Positions 19,037-28,574 are shown, counted from the stretch's first letter. The stretch is DNA of 64,000 nt from Spirochaetota bacterium (GCA_016931325.1 JAFGFC010000110.1:13710-77709), one strand, 5' to 3'. Notes: generated from the sequence alone by a model not told the origin. Made by a program: numbers and translations.

Positions 19037-20692
19037 TTATTTATCTGTTGTTTTTAAATTGATCATATCCCCTATACTCATCTTTTCTGTCGGTTCTTTT
19101 TTAAGGTATTGACTTATCTCTTCCTGGGATTTTATTTTTCTGTACTCTTTCAGGCTTAAAACCGCTCTTTTCTTTTTTTCATCAATTTCCAGAATAAGAC
19201 ACTTTATTTTTTCGCCTTTTTTAAGAAAGGCCTCAGGGTGTTCCACCTTGCGGTCAGAAAAATGAGAAAGAGGAATAAATCCTTCCATTTTGTTTTCTAC
19301 AAGCACGACAGCCCCTCGGGAAAATACTTTCTGAACAATACAATCGACAGGTTGTCTCGATTGACTTTTTTCCTGAAGAATATGCCACGGATTGACCTCA
19401 AGCTCCTTTAACCCCATCTTGACAAGATTCCTGGCTTTGTCGATATCCACAACGACAGCTGTCAGGGACTCTCCTTTCTTAAAAGCCTGTTTCCCGTGAT
19501 TGAATTTTTTTGTCCAGGAGACCTCGGCCAGTTCAATAAAGCCTTCAATATTCTTATCATCCGCAATCTCCACATAGGCTCCCGAGCCGGTGATGCGCTT
19601 GATGCGTACGTTGAGCTTTTGACCGACATTATATTTTTCATTGACCTTATCCCATGGATTGGGGAATACCTGTTTTAATCCCAGCTTTATTTTCTTAGTA
19701 ATCTTGTCAATATCCAGTATCTTAACCTGAACCTCATCACCGATAGATAATAATTCTTCAGGCTTTTTTGTATGCCTGGCCCATGTCAGATTCTCCAGAC
19801 TGATAAATCCGTCAATCCCTTCTTCTATCTCCACAAAAGCCCCGTAAGGCTTAATATCAACAACTTTCCCTCTGGCCATCATCCCTATCTGCAGGTGCTC
19901 TTCAATATGACTCCAGGGATTCGGGATAACACTTTTATGACTTAATACGATCCTCTCTGTTTTTTTATCAATAGAGATAACAATGGCTTTGACCTTTTGA
20001 TTGATGGAAACGATATCTTCACAGCTGGCAAAACGTTTCCAGCTCAGCTCTTTTTTCGGCACAAGTCCGTCAATACCCCCCAGATCTACAAAGATACCAA
20101 AATCCTTTATATTTTTTACCACCCCCTCAATAATATCACCTTCACTCAGTCGGGAGAACAGATCTTCTTTTTTCATTCTTGTGTTCTCTTTGATATACTC
20201 CCGGCGAGAAAGGATCACCCTGCCTTTGCGTTTATCCAGGCGAATGATCTTGAACATGAAGGTTTTATCTTTTAACTCTTCAAAATCATCAACCTTTTTT
20301 ATCTGACTGAAAGGTAAAAAAGCCTCTATTCCTATATCCACGGTATAACCATTGGATAATTTTTCTATAAATGTGCCGGAAATGTATCCGGTGTCATTGT
20401 GGATGGTCTCGATATTTTCCCATGCTTTTATAAAGGCCGCCTGCTCTTTTGACAGTTCTATTTCACCGGCTGATTCGTTCTTTTTGATAACCAGAACTTC
20501 AATCTCATCACCGATTTTTGGGGAGTAATCAAATTCACCAATGGGTATTCTACCTTCGATTTTGGCCCCGATATCAAGATAAACTCCTTCATTCGTGATC
20601 TGGACAACATGGCCTTTGACCAATTCCCCCTTTTCAATCTTTCTTATGATAGTCTCGTCCAAATTGATATCCTGCATTTTTATATCATCCAT
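19037..20692 (-). CDS. rpsA: 30S ribosomal protein S1 (six S1 domains)
   Basis: Repeated S1 motifs (G.V..I...G..V.l...i.G.i). Start chosen at MDDIKMQD (20692), just downstream of the ispH stop; the tracked ORF extends to 20752. ispH-rpsA adjacency is a common arrangement. Confidence 0.9.
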   Translation of the reverse strand: MDDIKMQDINLDETIIRKIEKGELVKGHVVQITNEGVYLDIGAKIEGRIPIGEFDYSPKIGDEIEVLVIKKNESAGEIELSKEQAAFIKAWENIETIHNDTGYISGTFIEKLSNGYTVDIGIEAFLPFSQIKKVDDFEELKDKTFMFKIIRLDKRKGRVILSRREYIKENTRMKKEDLFSRLSEGDIIEGVVKNIKDFGIFVDLGGIDGLVPKKELSWKRFASCEDIVSINQKVKAIVISIDKKTERIVLSHKSVIPNPWSHIEEHLQIGMMARGKVVDIKPYGAFVEIEEGIDGFISLENLTWARHTKKPEELLSIGDEVQVKILDIDKITKKIKLGLKQVFPNPWDKVNEKYNVGQKLNVRIKRITGSGAYVEIADDKNIEGFIELAEVSWTKKFNHGKQAFKKGESLTAVVVDIDKARNLVKMGLKELEVNPWHILQEKSQSRQPVDCIVQKVFSRGAVVLVENKMEGFIPLSHFSDRKVEHPEAFLKKGEKIKCLILEIDEKKKRAVLSLKEYRKIKSQEEISQYLKKEPTEKMSIGDMINLKTTDK

Positions 20693-20708
20693 AAAGCCGT
20701 AGAACTCC

Positions 20709-21557
20709 TCAGAAGGATTTGTATTTTTTAATGTATTGACTTGCCTCATCAATGACAGACTGGGGAGTGGAAGCTCCGGCAGTTATACCGATAATCTTTT
20801 TATTTTTCAGCCACTTTTTATCAAGTTCATTTATATTATCGATCCTTACCACATTCGGATTAATCGTTTTACACATCTGATACAGTCTATTTGTGTTGGC
20901 GCTGTGTTCACTGCCCATGACGATCATCAAATCGACCTGCCCGGCTAATTCCACAGCGGATTCCTGTCTGGTCCTTGTCGCGTCGCATATGGTATTAAAA
21001 ATACGTAATTCATAAATTTTGTCAACTAAAATATTTATTGCCATTTTAAAGTTCTCTATGGATTGAGTTGTTTGTGTGATAAGGGCTATTTTTTTATTCA
21101 TCATGGGAGGCAGAGATTTAAATTCGTCAACGGTCTCACAGATCCGGCAATTCTTCAGATTGCATTTAATGGTTTTCAGTTCGGCATGGTTTTTATCTCC
21201 GAATATCAGGATATAATAACCTTCCCTCTGAAGCCTTTCAGCGATATTCTTGATCTTGGTCACATAGGGGCAGGTGGCGTCATGATATTCAATTTTTGAA
21301 TCTTTTATTTTTTTCCTTAGATCATCCGGTATGCCATGAGCCCGGATAATAAGGACACCTTTTTTATTCTTTAGTTCATTAACATGTTTTACGATAACAA
21401 GGCCTTTTTGCTCAAGATAATCCCGTACAGTTTTATTGTGAACGATCTCACCCAGGGCAAAAACCTTTTTTTTCTCTTTTAACAGCTTTTCAGCCAGTTC
21501 AAAAGCCCGGTTAACACCCATGCAAAAGCCGGCGCATTTAGCGATTTTTACTTTCAT
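20709..21557 (-). CDS. ispH: 4-hydroxy-3-methylbut-2-enyl diphosphate reductase
   Basis: MKVKIAKCAGFCMGVNRAFE..., ATCPYVTKI, NTICDATRTRQ and MIVMGSEHSANTNRL are the three Cys ligand contexts typical of IspH/LytB. Confidence 0.93.
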   Translation of the reverse strand: MKVKIAKCAGFCMGVNRAFELAEKLLKEKKKVFALGEIVHNKTVRDYLEQKGLVIVKHVNELKNKKGVLIIRAHGIPDDLRKKIKDSKIEYHDATCPYVTKIKNIAERLQREGYYILIFGDKNHAELKTIKCNLKNCRICETVDEFKSLPPMMNKKIALITQTTQSIENFKMAINILVDKIYELRIFNTICDATRTRQESAVELAGQVDLMIVMGSEHSANTNRLYQMCKTINPNVVRIDNINELDKKWLKNKKIIGITAGASTPQSVIDEASQYIKKYKSF

Positions 21558-21572
21558 GGCAATGGATCCTTT

Positions 21573-23912
21573 TTAAAATAGTTTTTCTTTCAAAGACGAA
21601 AGGATTTTTTGAGGGGTGAAGGGGGGATGGGTCATTCTTATTCCACAGGCATGATAGATCGCATTCGAAATGGCCGGGACAGGCCCGTTTATAGAGATCT
21701 CGGAAACACTTTTCGCCCCATAGGGTCCTGTGGGTTCGCTGTAGCCCTGAACCAGTATGGTTGTTAACCCCGGCAGATCCGGAGTCATGTAGACTTTATA
21801 ATTTGAAAAATCGGCATTTAACAGCCTGCCGTCCTTGTCAAAAATAAACTCTTCGCATAGAGCATAACTGATACCATTCAGCACAGCCCCTTCAGTTTGT
21901 CCTTCAGCCAGTTTGGGATTGATGGCTGTTCCGCACTCTACAGCCGCAATATAGTTAACAACATTGACCTTACCTGTGGCTGTATCCACTTCAACTTCTG
22001 CAAAATGAGCGGCAAAAGGAGGAGGTGATTTATGAGTAATATGTGATCTGATAGAAGCGATCTGATGTTGATTTTTTTCATAAAGGGAATAAAGACCAAT
22101 ATCTTTGAATCTCACTTTTTTCCCGGATATCCTGCTTTTTACAGAACTGTTTTCAAGATAAAGATCTGAAATCGTTTCACCCATCATTTCAGAGGCTGTT
22201 TTTAATATCTGATCTTTGATCTCTTGAGACGCTTTTATAACGGCCTGGCCCGAGAGGTAGGTCGTGCTGGAGGCATAGGCTCCCACATCAAAAGGCGTCA
22301 TATCCGTATCAGAAGAATAGACAATAATTTTATTCACATCCACATGCAGGGTTTCCGAGGCCATCTGAGCCAGGATCGTATCACTCCCCGTACCCAGGTC
22401 CGTGGCTCCGACAAGGAGATTGAATGAACCATCCTCATTCATTTTAAGGAAAGCAGCCCCCATGTCAATATCAGGGATACTTGACCCCTGCATAAGGCAG
22501 ACCATTCCCACTCCTCGCCTGATGTGTCCTTTCCGGTTTTTATATTTTTCACGCTTTTGATACCAGCCTATGGCCCTGGCCCCTTTATCAATACATTCAT
22601 CCAGACCACATGATTCAATATTCTGGGGTACTCCTTCACGGCCTTCACCCAGGGCTTTGAATATAGGTGAGGTCTCACCTTCACGGATATGATTCTTCTT
22701 GTAGAAATCCAGTATGTCCATACCCAGCTTTTCCGCTATCATATCAGCCTGTATACCCATGGCAATGTATCCCTGGGTGGCTCCATAACCCCGGTAGGCT
22801 CCTCCTACCGGAAGATTGGTATAAACGCTTCGGGCGTGAAATCGGATATTATCACATTTCAAAAGGGGGAGGACCTTGCTTCCTGTATTACAGGCTACGG
22901 TCAGAGCATGGGAGCCATAAGCCCCCGTATTCATCAGCATATTCATATCAATGGCTGTCAGAGTACCATCAGATCTTACCCCGGTTCTTAATTTTATCTT
23001 CTGGGGATGCCTTGTCCGTGAAGAGATGAACTCCTCTTTTCGTGTATATTCCAGTTTAACAGGTCGACCGGTTTTCATTGTCAGAGCCGCACAGATATCT
23101 TCGACAAGCACTTCCTGCTTGCTTCCGAACCCTCCTCCGATACGGGGTTTAACAACGCGTATTTGACCGGTATCCAATTTCAACCTCTCAGCCACAATTC
23201 GTCTCACATGAAAAGGGACCTGGGTGGATGTTCTGATGACAAGCCGGCCTGATGAATCAAGAAATGTGATGACCACATGGGGCTCATTACAGCAATGGGC
23301 GGCATAATGAGCTGAATATTCGGCCTCAATAATATGACGGGCTTCTTTGAACCCTTTTTCAAGATCACCGGTAATAATTTTCACTTCTGAAGCCAGATTC
23401 TTTTTGGGTTGGTAATTAATAGGGAGAACCGTTCTGGCTTCCTTTTCGTCATGAATGATAGCCGCATTCTTTTTCAAGGCTTGTGCAGGATCAAGGATCT
23501 TATCAAGAACCTTATATCGTACCTTTATCAGTTTTAATGCCTTTTCAGCCATTACCTCACTTTCAGCCGCCACAGCCGCCACTCTGTCACCCACAAACCG
23601 GACCTTTTTATCAAGGATAAACGTATCATAAGGAGACGGCTCAGGATAACCCTGTCCTGCTGTTGTATGAGCTATACGCGGCAGGTCCTGATAGGTCAGG
23701 ACAGCATGAACTCCTTTTGATTTCCGGGCCAGGGTAACATCAATCTTTTGGATGAGAGCATGGGCATGGGGGGAGAAGAGAATTTTTGCATAAAGCATAT
23801 GGGGAAGATCGATGTCATCAGTGAATTGGGCCTTTCCTGTAGACAGCCCGAGCCCGTCGATCTTTTGGATATTCTTACCCACATATTTGTATGCTGTTTT
23901 ATGTTTTTTCAT
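21573..23912 (-). CDS. Xanthine dehydrogenase / aldehyde oxidase family molybdopterin-binding large subunit
   Basis: 779 aa. It has an a/b-hammerhead N-terminus (KYVGKNIQKIDGLGLSTGKAQFTDDI), GGGFGSK, RTRHPQ and GAYRGYGATQG motifs. No 2Fe-2S or FAD domains are present in the ORF. Confidence 0.9.
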   Translation of the reverse strand: MKKHKTAYKYVGKNIQKIDGLGLSTGKAQFTDDIDLPHMLYAKILFSPHAHALIQKIDVTLARKSKGVHAVLTYQDLPRIAHTTAGQGYPEPSPYDTFILDKKVRFVGDRVAAVAAESEVMAEKALKLIKVRYKVLDKILDPAQALKKNAAIIHDEKEARTVLPINYQPKKNLASEVKIITGDLEKGFKEARHIIEAEYSAHYAAHCCNEPHVVITFLDSSGRLVIRTSTQVPFHVRRIVAERLKLDTGQIRVVKPRIGGGFGSKQEVLVEDICAALTMKTGRPVKLEYTRKEEFISSRTRHPQKIKLRTGVRSDGTLTAIDMNMLMNTGAYGSHALTVACNTGSKVLPLLKCDNIRFHARSVYTNLPVGGAYRGYGATQGYIAMGIQADMIAEKLGMDILDFYKKNHIREGETSPIFKALGEGREGVPQNIESCGLDECIDKGARAIGWYQKREKYKNRKGHIRRGVGMVCLMQGSSIPDIDMGAAFLKMNEDGSFNLLVGATDLGTGSDTILAQMASETLHVDVNKIIVYSSDTDMTPFDVGAYASSTTYLSGQAVIKASQEIKDQILKTASEMMGETISDLYLENSSVKSRISGKKVRFKDIGLYSLYEKNQHQIASIRSHITHKSPPPFAAHFAEVEVDTATGKVNVVNYIAAVECGTAINPKLAEGQTEGAVLNGISYALCEEFIFDKDGRLLNADFSNYKVYMTPDLPGLTTILVQGYSEPTGPYGAKSVSEISINGPVPAISNAIYHACGIRMTHPPFTPQKILSSLKEKLF

Positions 23913-23964
23913 GATATTCTCCCATTTTCTTTTATTAATTTTACTTTAGATCCATATAGAATTG

Positions 23965-24038
23965 TTTTTCGTTTATGGTTCATCGTTTATCGTTTTGGAA
24001 AAAGCAAACCAAAAACGATGAACGAAGAACTACGAACA
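23965..24038. repeat. Imperfect palindrome built from tandem GTTYNNN heptamers (element A)
   Basis: The left arm gtttatg gttcatc gtttatc gttttgg, an A-rich loop aaaaagcaaa and the right arm ccaaaaa cgatgaa cgaagaa ctacgaa pair with one bulge and a few mismatches. Confidence 0.7.
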
Positions 24039-24071
24039 TAGTATACTTTATCCATACCCTGTGGCTAAAGT

Positions 24072-25220
24072 TTATATTAATTTTAATAACAACTCCTTTA
24101 TCTCATTTTTAGTAAAATCCCTGGGATTGTTCTTCCAACTGCCACCCTGGGCATCTTCAATAATACTATCGAGATCATCTATGGGGATAGAGAAAGATTT
24201 AAAGTCCCTTGGGATATGTAACACTTTGTTCATTTCAAAGATCTTTTCACAAAGATCCCCGGATGTTAGTTTATCAGAGCTTTTCTTGATCCCTAAAATA
24301 TGGGATATGAGAATATATTTTTGTGGATTATGGTCAAAGTTCAAACGGGTAATATAAGGTAAAAGAATAGCGCAGACCATGCCATGGGGAAGGTCGTATC
24401 TTCCGCCAAATGGTCTGGCCAGGGCATGGACAACTCCCAGACCGGCATTGGCCAGAGCGACACCACTGAAATAACTGGCCATCTGTAATTTTAGTCCTTT
24501 TTCGTGATCTTTAGGATCTTTTATAAAACCTGTTATATTCTCCTTGATCAGACCCATCCCGTCCTGACATAACAGATCAATGAACGGGTGGGTTTTTTTA
24601 CCGGTAAACGGTTCTATCAGCTGGGTCAGGGCATCCATGGCCGAAGAGGCAAGAACCAATTCAGGTGCTGTTGATAAAACAGATGGATCTAAAATAGCCA
24701 CCTGGGGAAGTAATTTTTCGCTTCTCAGGCTTCTTTTCAATTTTTTCAGGCTGTGATTGATAACCGCATTTTTTGTTACTTCTGACCCTGTTCCTGCTGT
24801 AGTAGGAATGGCGATCATGGGAATGGGGTCACAGGATATCTTTTTGTGGTCCTTTTCGATCTCAAGGTACTCTGTGACAGACCCGACATGAGTTAACATA
24901 CCGGAAATGGCTTTGGCCGTATCAAGACTGCTTCCTCCTCCCAGTCCGATGACAACAGAGGCCTTTAACTTTATCCCTATATTTTTTCCTTCATCAATTA
25001 TTTCTGTTGTGGGATTGGGCCGGACCTGATCAAAGACTTTGTATGATATATGCTCAGCGACCAGGGATTGGAGCAACTTATCCAACAAACCCGATGCTGT
25101 GCCGGATTTTTTACCCGTTACCACGAGGGCTTTGTCACCCATCATCCGGCAAATTTTCCCTGTTTCAGACAGGGCACCAAGGCCATAAATCAGTTGTTTA
25201 TTAAAAAAAACCGAGTTCAT
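24072..25220 (-). CDS. Iron-containing (group III) alcohol dehydrogenase
   Basis: VVIGLGGGSSLDTAKA, AIPTTAGTGSEVT, and the GVVHALARPFGGRYDLPHG metal-binding His context. Confidence 0.9.
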   Translation of the reverse strand: MNSVFFNKQLIYGLGALSETGKICRMMGDKALVVTGKKSGTASGLLDKLLQSLVAEHISYKVFDQVRPNPTTEIIDEGKNIGIKLKASVVIGLGGGSSLDTAKAISGMLTHVGSVTEYLEIEKDHKKISCDPIPMIAIPTTAGTGSEVTKNAVINHSLKKLKRSLRSEKLLPQVAILDPSVLSTAPELVLASSAMDALTQLIEPFTGKKTHPFIDLLCQDGMGLIKENITGFIKDPKDHEKGLKLQMASYFSGVALANAGLGVVHALARPFGGRYDLPHGMVCAILLPYITRLNFDHNPQKYILISHILGIKKSSDKLTSGDLCEKIFEMNKVLHIPRDFKSFSIPIDDLDSIIEDAQGGSWKNNPRDFTKNEIKELLLKLI

Positions 25221-25290
25221 GATCGCTCACTAATTATAAAAATGTTAACAGCTTTATTTGTTTTGTCAATGTTTTTAAATTTAAAAAATC

Positions 25291-25318
25291 TTGATTTAGA
25301 AAAAATAGTTATTATATT
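25291..25318 (+). promoter_or_regulatory. Candidate sigma-70 promoter for the DUF1844 operon
   Basis: TTGATT (25291-96), a 16-nt spacer, then TATATT (25313-18). AGGAGG lies 6 nt before ATG 25352. Confidence 0.3.
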
Positions 25319-25351
25319 ATACCCAAAACAAAGGCTTTATCAGGAGGAGCA

Positions 25352-25768
25352 ATGGCGAAAAAAAAGAAAGATGAATTAAAATCGGCCAGAAAGATAGCCG
25401 AAGAAAAAGCCAAAAAAGCCGAACAGAAAGCAAAAGAGAAAAAACCCCGGGAGGAAAAAGTATCTCAAGCCCGGTCAGATGAAACTCAAAAAACTTCAGA
25501 AAGATCACCCATGGACTTGACCTTTTCTTCTTATCTGATCATGCTGGGAGCTTTGGGGTGGCAGTTCTTGGGTAAAGTTCCTTCTCCTGCTACCGGGAAG
25601 ATCGAAAAAGATCTTATGCAGGCTAAACAGATCATTGATCTGTTAGAGATACTGGAAGAGAAGACAAAGAATAATCTTTCTCAGGATGAAGGAAATATTC
25701 TACGTTCTACTCTGGTTAATTTGAGATTGAATTATGTGGAGGAAGCCAAAAAAGGAGGAACATCTTAA
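25352..25768 (+). CDS. DUF1844-family protein
   Basis: Lys/Glu-rich N-terminus, then FSSYLIMLGALGWQFLGKVPSPATGKIEKDLMQAKQIIDLLEILEEKTKNNLSQDEGNIL...LRLNYVE, the pattern I associate with DUF1844. Confidence 0.75.
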   Translation: MAKKKKDELKSARKIAEEKAKKAEQKAKEKKPREEKVSQARSDETQKTSERSPMDLTFSSYLIMLGALGWQFLGKVPSPATGKIEKDLMQAKQIIDLLEILEEKTKNNLSQDEGNILRSTLVNLRLNYVEEAKKGGTS

Positions 25769-25861
25769 ATGCCTTGCGGAAGAAAAAGAAAACTATCAAA
25801 GATCAAAAAGCACAAATTAAAAAAGAGAAGAAAAAGAGACAGGCATAAGAAAAAGAGATAA
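25769..25861 (+). CDS. 30-codon hyperbasic peptide, bS22 / AURKAIP1-COX24-like
   Basis: ATG directly follows the DUF1844 TAA, and AGGAGG (25753-58) lies 10 nt upstream. Translation is MPCGRKRKLSKIKKHKLKKRRKRDRHKKKR, with 19 Lys/Arg plus 2 His out of 30 residues. It is below the 60-aa ORF-track cutoff. Confidence 0.6.
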   Translation: MPCGRKRKLSKIKKHKLKKRRKRDRHKKKR

Positions 25862-25875
25862 GGTGGCTGAGCTGA

Positions 25876-26859
25876 ATGAAAAAAGATGATAAACTGGTAG
25901 AGAGATTCTCTGTATTAAAGAATAAATTAGTAAAAGAGATCGAAAAGGTCATTATTGGACAGAAGATAATTCTGGAGAAATTTCTTATCGCTCTTTTAGC
26001 CAGAGGCCATTGCATTTTAATTGGTGTTCCGGGACTGGCCAAGACCCTTTTAGTAAAAGCTCTGGCTTCGGCTCTGGATCTCAATTTTAATCGTATACAG
26101 TTTACACCGGATCTGATGCCTTCCGATATAACCGGGAGTGATATTATTCAGGAGACGAAATCCGGCAAGAGGGAATTCCAGTTTATTTCCGGCCCTGTCT
26201 TTGCTAATATTATCCTGGCTGATGAGATCAACAGGACGCCACCCAAGACCCAGTCCGCTCTTCTTCAGGCCATGCAGGAGAAGATCATAACGGTCAACGG
26301 GAGGACCTATTCGATCGATCTTCCTTTTTTTGTTCTGGCCACGCAGAACCCCATTGAACAGGAAGGTACCTATCCTCTTCCGGAAGCGCAACTGGACCGG
26401 TTCATGTTCAGTATCCATATAGATTATCCGGATGAAAAAAGTGAAAAGGAAGTCGCGAAAAAAGACACCTCAGATAAAATCAAATTGATCAAAAAAGTAA
26501 TAAGCCGCAAGGATCTTTTGCAGATTCAGAGCATTGTGGAGGATGTCCCCATAGCGGATTATGTTCTGGATTATGCGGTCAAGATCATTAGGTTGACGCG
26601 ACCTGATAAGAATAATCCGGTAAAACTCATCAATAGATTCGTGGAATGGGGAGCCGGTCCCCGGGCTGCCCAACATCTGGTTCTCGCCGCAAAGGTAAAA
26701 GCTCTATTGGACAAACGGTATTCTGTTTCACGAGAGGATATTAATTTTGTTCTTTCCGATGTTCTTTCACACCGGATCATCACCAATTTCAATGCCGAAG
26801 CAGAAGGGATCAAATCTGACCAGATCATTGATGAGATAAAAAAATTCTTGAAAAAGTAG
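25876..26859 (+). CDS. MoxR-family AAA+ ATPase
   Basis: GHCILIGVPGLAKT (Walker A), ANIILADEINR (Walker B) and ATQNPIEQEGTYPLPEAQLDRF. Confidence 0.92.
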   Translation: MKKDDKLVERFSVLKNKLVKEIEKVIIGQKIILEKFLIALLARGHCILIGVPGLAKTLLVKALASALDLNFNRIQFTPDLMPSDITGSDIIQETKSGKREFQFISGPVFANIILADEINRTPPKTQSALLQAMQEKIITVNGRTYSIDLPFFVLATQNPIEQEGTYPLPEAQLDRFMFSIHIDYPDEKSEKEVAKKDTSDKIKLIKKVISRKDLLQIQSIVEDVPIADYVLDYAVKIIRLTRPDKNNPVKLINRFVEWGAGPRAAQHLVLAAKVKALLDKRYSVSREDINFVLSDVLSHRIITNFNAEAEGIKSDQIIDEIKKFLKK

Positions 26860-26862
26860 ATT

Positions 26863-27774
26863 ATGCCCGTTAAAACAAGCCAATATATCCTGCCCCATAA
26901 GATAGCCAAACTTAAAAATCTTTCTATTAAGGCCAAGACCATTGTCGAAGGATTAATTACCGGGTTGCATAAAAGTCCCCATCATGGATTTAATGTTGAA
27001 TTTAAAGAACACAGACAATACAATCCGGGAGATGATATAAAACATATTGACTGGCGGATCTTTGCCAAGACGGATAAATTTTTTATCAAGCGATTTGAAG
27101 AGGAAACGAATCTTTTTATCTATATCTTGCTGGATACAAGCCTTTCAATGGGTTTTAAATCGCCCAAATCATTGATTTCCAAGCTGGAATACAGCAAATA
27201 CCTGACGGCCTCTATTCTGTATCTGGCACTTCTTCAAAACGATGCAGGGGGCCTGACACTTTTTTCAAAAAACATTACGGATAATTTTTCACCTAAAAAA
27301 AGTTATGCTTATATTAATGAAATAACCAAAACTCTTGAAACTGTGAAACCCGGAGCAAAAAGCGAATTTAAAAATAATTTCACAAAAATAGCCGAGCAGA
27401 TCAAAAAGCGTTCTCTCATTATTATTGTTTCTGATTTTCTTGGAGACCTGCAGGATATTATTGATGGATTAAAGCACCTGAAAAGCAAAAAGAACGATAT
27501 TTTGCTTTTTGTTATTCATGACAGAGCGGAATATGAATTCCCTTACAAAGACAACATAAAATTTATTGATATGGAAAAAAATAATTTTTTAATTTTAAAC
27601 GCCTATTATATTAATGAAGAATACAGGAAAAATTTTTATCATCATTATGCCCAAATAAAAAGTTTTTCTTTAAAGTCAAGGATAGATTATTTCGCTTTTG
27701 ATACTCAAACAGATTTTGGAGAAAGTTTGAACAATTATCTTATAAAAAGAAATGAAGTACGCTTCAGGAAATAA
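26863..27774 (+). CDS. DUF58 (vWA-like) protein, MoxR partner
   Basis: GLHKSPHHGFNVEFKEHRQYNPGDDIKHIDWRIFAKTDKFFIKRFEEE...LLDTSLSM is the typical DUF58 signature. Its start is 3 nt after the MoxR stop. Confidence 0.88.
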   Translation: MPVKTSQYILPHKIAKLKNLSIKAKTIVEGLITGLHKSPHHGFNVEFKEHRQYNPGDDIKHIDWRIFAKTDKFFIKRFEEETNLFIYILLDTSLSMGFKSPKSLISKLEYSKYLTASILYLALLQNDAGGLTLFSKNITDNFSPKKSYAYINEITKTLETVKPGAKSEFKNNFTKIAEQIKKRSLIIIVSDFLGDLQDIIDGLKHLKSKKNDILLFVIHDRAEYEFPYKDNIKFIDMEKNNFLILNAYYINEEYRKNFYHHYAQIKSFSLKSRIDYFAFDTQTDFGESLNNYLIKRNEVRFRK

Positions 27775-27842
27775 AGCCCGCAGATCAGCATTTGGCATGG
27801 CCTTCAAATGAGAAATCTTGTTAAATGACGGTCCGGGACTTT

Positions 27843-28565
27843 TTAATTTTCCCATTCGGGATAAAAAAGAACCCGGGAACAGAATTGACAGTGAAATATT
27901 TCCATTCCCTTTCTGATGTCATGAACGGTCTGCGGAGGGAGTGACATATAGCAACCGGTACAAACCCCGTTCTTGACTCCTACAATGCCTACCCCTTCCT
28001 TATTCCTGGCAATGTATTCGTAATCAGACAAAATCTGCGGATCGATCTTCGATGCCAGTTTATCCCTCTCTTTGGTTAATGTTTCCAGTTCCTTTTTATT
28101 AATATTTTCTTTTTCTGCAATTTTTGTTTCCAGCTCGGCAATATTTTTCTTTTCTGCTTCAATGATCTGTTCTTCTTCTTTTAACTCTTTTTTAAGATTA
28201 TCGATCTGGTCGATTGTCTTTAAACCCTCATCTTCCATTTCGCTGATACTTTTCTTCGTGGCATTGATCTCGGCATCAATGGCATTCAGTTCTTTCGCGT
28301 TCTTTACCTGAGAAAGTTTGCCCTGGAGTTGCTTTAAATGGGCTTCTTTCCCCTTGATCTCACTTTCCATTTCCAAATGACTGACTTCTTTGGATTTGAG
28401 CTCTTTCTGTTTTTCTTCATAACTTTGAAGACGTGGTTCGAACTCTTCTTTTAATTTCTTTAATTCATTGGGCATCTTTTCCATCTCTTTTTTTGTGCTA
28501 TAGATCTTTAGATCGATCTTTTGCAGATCCACCAGTTGTAAAAGTTGTTCTTTAATAGACTTCAT
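27843..28565 (-). CDS. COG1579/DUF164 coiled-coil protein with C4 zinc ribbon
   Basis: Long heptad-rich coiled coil, then CTGCYMSLPPQ...HCQFCSRVLFY. It is paired with NIF3, as in many bacteria. Confidence 0.85.
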   Translation of the reverse strand: MKSIKEQLLQLVDLQKIDLKIYSTKKEMEKMPNELKKLKEEFEPRLQSYEEKQKELKSKEVSHLEMESEIKGKEAHLKQLQGKLSQVKNAKELNAIDAEINATKKSISEMEDEGLKTIDQIDNLKKELKEEEQIIEAEKKNIAELETKIAEKENINKKELETLTKERDKLASKIDPQILSDYEYIARNKEGVGIVGVKNGVCTGCYMSLPPQTVHDIRKGMEIFHCQFCSRVLFYPEWEN

Positions 28566-28574
28566 CCCACCTCC

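Noticed and set aside
25876-27774. MoxR-DUF58 pair as a truncated Bat (Bacteroides aerotolerance-like) operon lacking the vWA/TPR BatA-E genes.
   Set aside because: MoxR-DUF58 pairs without further Bat genes are common. The downstream region is occupied by convergent, unrelated genes, and there is no sign of deletion scars.
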